Positions 60,933 through 64,000 of a stretch of 64,000 nt of DNA are shown piece by piece. The number at the start of each line of letters is the position of its first letter. Within the stretch, counting starts at the first letter, position 1. The DNA comes from Steroidobacteraceae bacterium (GTDB taxonomy: Bacteria > Pseudomonadota > Gammaproteobacteria > Steroidobacterales > Steroidobacteraceae), in assembly GCA_040508085.1 (NCBI GenBank), contig JBEVNO010000064.1, positions 14,426-78,425 on the forward strand, in the 5' to 3' direction. The position numbers and the translations under genes were made by a program. Below the pieces are notes generated by a model. That model was not told the DNA's origin. It made no database searches and saw only the letters and a program-made list of their open reading frames with translations.

Positions 60933-61619
60933 ATGCGTACCCCACTGCTGCGTGATTCAACGTTGCTCGCGCTGCTCCTCGCCGTGCCCGCGCTGGCTGT
61001 GGCCCACGGCGTGTCGAGCGGCGACGCCGCTTTCGTCACCGCGACGCGCGGCATCCATCCCGGACCCTTCGCGTATCTGGGCGCCAAACACATGGTGACC
61101 GGTTACGACCACCTCGCCTTCCTGGCCGGGGTGATTTTCCTGCTGCGGCATCTGCGCGACGTAGCCGTGTATGCGAGCCTGTTTGCGCTGGGGCACAGCA
61201 TCACGCTGCTGGCCACCGTGCTGCTTGGCTGGCATGCGGACGCGCATCTGGTCGATGCGGCGATCGGACTGTCGGTGGTCTACAAGGGCTTCGAGAACAT
61301 CGGCGGGTTCCAGGGGACCTGGTGGCGCCTGGACCCGCGGGTCGCGGTGTTCGGCTTCGGCCTGGTGCACGGCACGGGTCTGGCAACCAAGCTGCAGGAA
61401 CTGCATCTGGCCCGCGATGGGCTGGTCGCCAACCTGCTGGCCTTCAATTTTGGCGTGGAGCTCGGTCAGCTGGCTGCCCTGGCGCTCATGGTGCTGCTGT
61501 TCGCGCTATGGCGCGGCACACGCAGCTTCAACCGCGCCATCCTGCCTGCCAACACCCTGCTGATGACGGTGGGCTTTGTACTGGCTGGCTACCAGCTGGC
61601 AGGCTATCTGCTGGCATGA
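60933..61619 (+). CDS. HupE/UreJ-family membrane protein
   Basis: Signal-like N-terminus. Contains HMVTGYDHLAFLAGV and FGLVHGTGLA, with several TM helices. The start is ATG 60933 or 60918. Confidence 0.7.
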   Translation: MRTPLLRDSTLLALLLAVPALAVAHGVSSGDAAFVTATRGIHPGPFAYLGAKHMVTGYDHLAFLAGVIFLLRHLRDVAVYASLFALGHSITLLATVLLGWHADAHLVDAAIGLSVVYKGFENIGGFQGTWWRLDPRVAVFGFGLVHGTGLATKLQELHLARDGLVANLLAFNFGVELGQLAALALMVLLFALWRGTRSFNRAILPANTLLMTVGFVLAGYQLAGYLLA

Positions 61620-61631
61620 CGAGGGACCGAC

Positions 61632-62285
61632 ATGAGCGATGAGACGGCGCGCCCCAGGGCGCGCATCTGGAAAGCACTGGGCGTGGCCGTGCTGCTGGCT
61701 GTGGTCACGCTGGTGACCATCGTATTGCCAGCCGAGTACGGCATCGATCCCACCCGCATCGGCAAGCTGCTTGGCCTGACCGCCATGAGTGGCAAGCAGG
61801 CCGCGGCCGAGCCGTCCATCGACGATGTCATCGCCGACGTGATCGGCGGCAACGACACCCTGGTCGCGACCACCAGTGCAACGCCGCAGGATCCACTCCC
61901 CTTGCCCAATCCTGCCGTGAGCCAGCTGGAGAGCGCCCAGCCGAGGACGCAGACGATGACAATACGCCTGGGTCTGGATGAAAAGACCGAGGTGAAGGCC
62001 GTTCTGCGCAAGTCGAAAGTCATCCTGTACCACTGGGAAGTGGAAGGCGGCAACGCGTACGTGGATTTCCATGGCCACGACCCGGCCAAGGGTGACCACT
62101 ACTGGGTGCGTTATGAAGAGGCGGGCCAGGAAGAAGGGATCAACGGTCGCAGCGGTTCACTGGTGGCGCCGTTTGACGGTGAGCATGGCTGGTTCTGGCT
62201 GAACACCAGCCAGCAACCGATCACCATCCATTTGACAGTTTCCGGCTATTTCGATCGCCTGGTGGACTACGGGCTGCTGCAGTAA
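61632..62285 (+). CDS. N-terminally membrane-anchored hypothetical protein
   Basis: TM WKALGVAVLLAVVTLVTIVL, then a ~170-aa soluble domain (ILYHWEVEGGNAYVDFHGH...). Begins 12 nt after the HupE-like stop. Confidence 0.55.
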   Translation: MSDETARPRARIWKALGVAVLLAVVTLVTIVLPAEYGIDPTRIGKLLGLTAMSGKQAAAEPSIDDVIADVIGGNDTLVATTSATPQDPLPLPNPAVSQLESAQPRTQTMTIRLGLDEKTEVKAVLRKSKVILYHWEVEGGNAYVDFHGHDPAKGDHYWVRYEEAGQEEGINGRSGSLVAPFDGEHGWFWLNTSQQPITIHLTVSGYFDRLVDYGLLQ

Positions 62286-62358
62286 GCGCGTCAACCGCGG
62301 CCTCTCTGCCGCGTTGTTCTCCTCAGACCACATCTGAAACCCGCACGGGGGAGAGCAC

Positions 62359-62853
62359 ATGAAGACTGCACAGCAACTCATAGCCGCCGGCCTGCTGGCC
62401 GCACTGTCGATATCCACGTTTGCCGCAGAGGACGTGCTGCCCACCGGCGCGAATCGCGATGATGTGGCCAATGAACGCCTGGACCGGCGCGGCGAACGCA
62501 TCAATACGCGGCTGGATGCGAAGGGCGAACGCGTGGATTCACGGCTTGACCGGCGCGGCGTGGCCGCCGAACAGCGGCTGGATGCGAAAGGCGATCGCGT
62601 CGATGCAAGGCTGGACAATCGTGCCGCCAGCGCTGGGGACAGTGGCCACGAGCAGCGCGCCGAACGCCTCGACGCCAAGGGTGACCGCATTGACCAGCGG
62701 CTGGACGAACGCGGTCAGAACAAGGAACAGCGCTTGGACAGCAAGGGTGATCGCATCAGCAACCGCCTGGACAACAAGGGCGATCGCATCGAAGGTCGGC
62801 TGGATCGCCGCGGCAACGGCATCGAGCGCCGGGTGGACCGCCGCCGCAACTGA
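62359..62853 (+). CDS. Secreted protein made of 11-residue RLDxKGDRIxx repeats
   Basis: Signal peptide MKTAQQLIAAGLLAALSISTFA-AE. From residue 40 to the end there are ten RLD-initiated units (nine exactly 11 aa) plus a terminal RVDRRRN. Confidence 0.65.
   Translation: MKTAQQLIAAGLLAALSISTFAAEDVLPTGANRDDVANERLDRRGERINTRLDAKGERVDSRLDRRGVAAEQRLDAKGDRVDARLDNRAASAGDSGHEQRAERLDAKGDRIDQRLDERGQNKEQRLDSKGDRISNRLDNKGDRIEGRLDRRGNGIERRVDRRRN
62476..62850 (+). repeat. 33-bp-period degenerate coding tandem repeat
   Basis: The units are RLDRRGERINT / RLDAKGERVDS / RLDRRGVAAEQ / RLDAKGDRVDA / (19-aa irregular unit) / RLDAKGDRIDQ / RLDERGQNKEQ / RLDSKGDRISN / RLDNKGDRIEG / RLDRRGNGIER / RVDRRRN. Confidence 0.7.
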
Positions 62854-62884
62854 TGTCAGCGATTCGCGACGCTATTAAGTCATG

Positions 62885-62930
62885 TGCGGGCCCGATGGCA
62901 TACCAGCCATGCGGGCCCGCAGCATTTTGT
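62885..62930 (+). terminator. Rho-independent terminator after the repeat-protein gene
   Basis: The stem is TGCGGGCCCGATGG / CCATGCGGGCCCGCA (one bulge), with loop CATACCAG. It is followed by GCATTTTGT. Confidence 0.55.
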
Positions 62931-63042
62931 GCTTCGACTGCCTGACGGCAGCGTAGGACTCAGCTGGCATTCAGCACTGGGCACGCATGCTAGTTTGATC
63001 CTACAACGATACAAAGCACCGATACGAAGCGAGGTTCTCATC

Positions 63043-63825
63043 ATGCGTCATTCAATACTCCCCATCACCGCGGTGAGCGCGCTGGCATTGCTCGCCGCCT
63101 GCGGCAGCAAGGAACCTCCCGCTACGGTGGCTGACGCCACTGCGCCGGTGGAAAGTGTCGCACCACCCGTCCCCGCGCCCGCCGAGACAGTGGCTGAGCC
63201 CGCCCCGGCCCCTGCACCTGCTGTCGTGAAGCCGAAGCCGAGCAAGCCTGCTGCCACTGCCGTTGCACCAAAGCCCGCGGCACCCACTCCGCCACCGGCG
63301 CCAGTGGTTCGTACCATCACCGTGCCCGCGGGCACCGTGCTCGAACTGTCCATCGGCACTGCGCTCACTTCGAAAACGGCGAAGGTCGGGGATACCTTCA
63401 CCGCGCAGCTGACCAACCCCGTGGTGATCAACGGCGAGACCGTGATCGCCAGTGGCACCAATGTCGCCGGCGAGGTGATCAAGGTGGTTTCAGGCAGTGA
63501 CAAGATCGGCGGTGTACCCGCGCTGGTGTTGAGTTTCGACAGCCTGCAGATGCCCGGCGGCAAGAACATACCCGTCAGCGGCGAGATCACGCAGGAAGGC
63601 AAGAGCGATACTGCCGGCGATACCGCGAAGATCGTGGGCGGCACCGCCGCCGGCGCCATCCTCGGGCATCAGGTCAAGGGTGGCGACAAGGGCAAGGTGA
63701 TCGGTGGGCTGCTGGGAGCGGCAGTCGGCGCGCTGGCTGCTCAGAAGACCGGCACCGAGGCGCGGATCAAGGAAGGCACGCCGCTGCAGCTGGTGCTGTT
63801 CGCACCGGTGGATATCGTCAAGTAA
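63043..63825 (+). CDS. Lipoprotein with Pro/Ala-rich linker and C-terminal glycine-zipper segment
   Basis: ATG 63043. Lipobox ALLAAC, linker PVPAPAETVAEPAPAPAPAVVKPKPSKPAA..., C-terminal GGTAAGAILGHQVKGGDKGKVIGGLLGAAVGALAA. The 5' 53 codons of the track ORF cover the upstream terminator. Confidence 0.65.
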   Translation: MRHSILPITAVSALALLAACGSKEPPATVADATAPVESVAPPVPAPAETVAEPAPAPAPAVVKPKPSKPAATAVAPKPAAPTPPPAPVVRTITVPAGTVLELSIGTALTSKTAKVGDTFTAQLTNPVVINGETVIASGTNVAGEVIKVVSGSDKIGGVPALVLSFDSLQMPGGKNIPVSGEITQEGKSDTAGDTAKIVGGTAAGAILGHQVKGGDKGKVIGGLLGAAVGALAAQKTGTEARIKEGTPLQLVLFAPVDIVK

Positions 63826-63907
63826 GGGATTCACCGCATCGCCACGCCCCGCGCGTGGCGGTGCTGGCGCGTACTCCTCAGGTAATCGACACCACGCGCG
63901 ATACCAA

Positions 63908-63930
63908 TGTGATATCATCTGAATATCACA
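63908..63930. promoter_or_regulatory. Perfect inverted repeat TGTGATAT-N7-ATATCACA (candidate operator)
   Basis: It lies 15 nt upstream of the ATG at 63945 and abuts the AAGGAG SD, in a locally AT-rich stretch. Confidence 0.3.
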
Positions 63931-63944
63931 AGAAGGAGACAACA

Positions 63945-64000
63945 ATGTCCACGCGCAAGCCGTCCTCCGCGGGCAACACCCGCGAATATTCCGGTCTCAG
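63945..64000 (+). CDS. 5' end of an unidentified CDS running off the window
   Basis: AAGGAG at 63933-63938 lies 6 nt before ATG 63945. The frame is open to the window end (MSTRKPSSAGNTREYSGL...), so only 18 codons are visible. Confidence 0.35.
   Translation, partial: MSTRKPSSAGNTREYSGL

Noticed and set aside
62884-63042. N-terminal extension (GTG 62884) of the lipoprotein ORF
   Set aside because: The extension covers the upstream terminator hairpin and a low-GC non-coding stretch. A proper lipoprotein signal peptide with lipobox starts at ATG 63043.

Overview
This is a GC-rich bacterial chromosomal segment (roughly two-thirds G+C by eye, not computed). The proteins look gammaproteobacterial, Xanthomonadales/Lysobacterales-like, but that is inference only. 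I call 67 CDS (one truncated at each window edge, one an unlisted 54-codon sORF), one tRNA-Arg, two riboswitches (TPP and SAH), two intrinsic terminators, one coding tandem repeat and two candidate operators. Gene content is core and housekeeping: hemF; a methyl-cycle array (ferredoxin, PfkB kinase, metK, ahcY, folD); molybdenum-cofactor genes (moeB-rhodanese, modF-like, moeA-moaA-moaC-mobA::moaD-moaE); proBA, htpX, tesB, typA, sthA and def; several ABC transporters; a Tat-exported molybdo-hydroxylase; an M1 peptidase; and an alkaline phosphatase. Many neighbouring genes overlap by ATGA/GTGA, so operons are tightly packed. I found no transposase, integrase, phage gene, CRISPR array, restriction or other recognisable defence gene, and no toxin-antitoxin pair. 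This does not look like an accessory island, and I cannot point to a clear novel system. The items most worth a second look are: (1) a TPP-riboswitch-led six-gene thiamine scavenging operon with two PnuC-family paralogs around a ThiK-like kinase plus a YkoF-like protein; (2) a MobA/MocA-like::MoaD fusion inside the moa operon; (3) a PaoABC-like periplasmic hydroxylase followed by an unlisted small membrane ORF, a b-type cytochrome and an unknown protein; (4) a membrane-anchored ToxR-like regulator translationally coupled to an ABC exporter; (5) a secreted protein built of 11-residue RLDxKGDRIxx repeats; (6) an SDR lacking catalytic Ser and Tyr. All functional calls come from motif recognition by eye. 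No database search was run.
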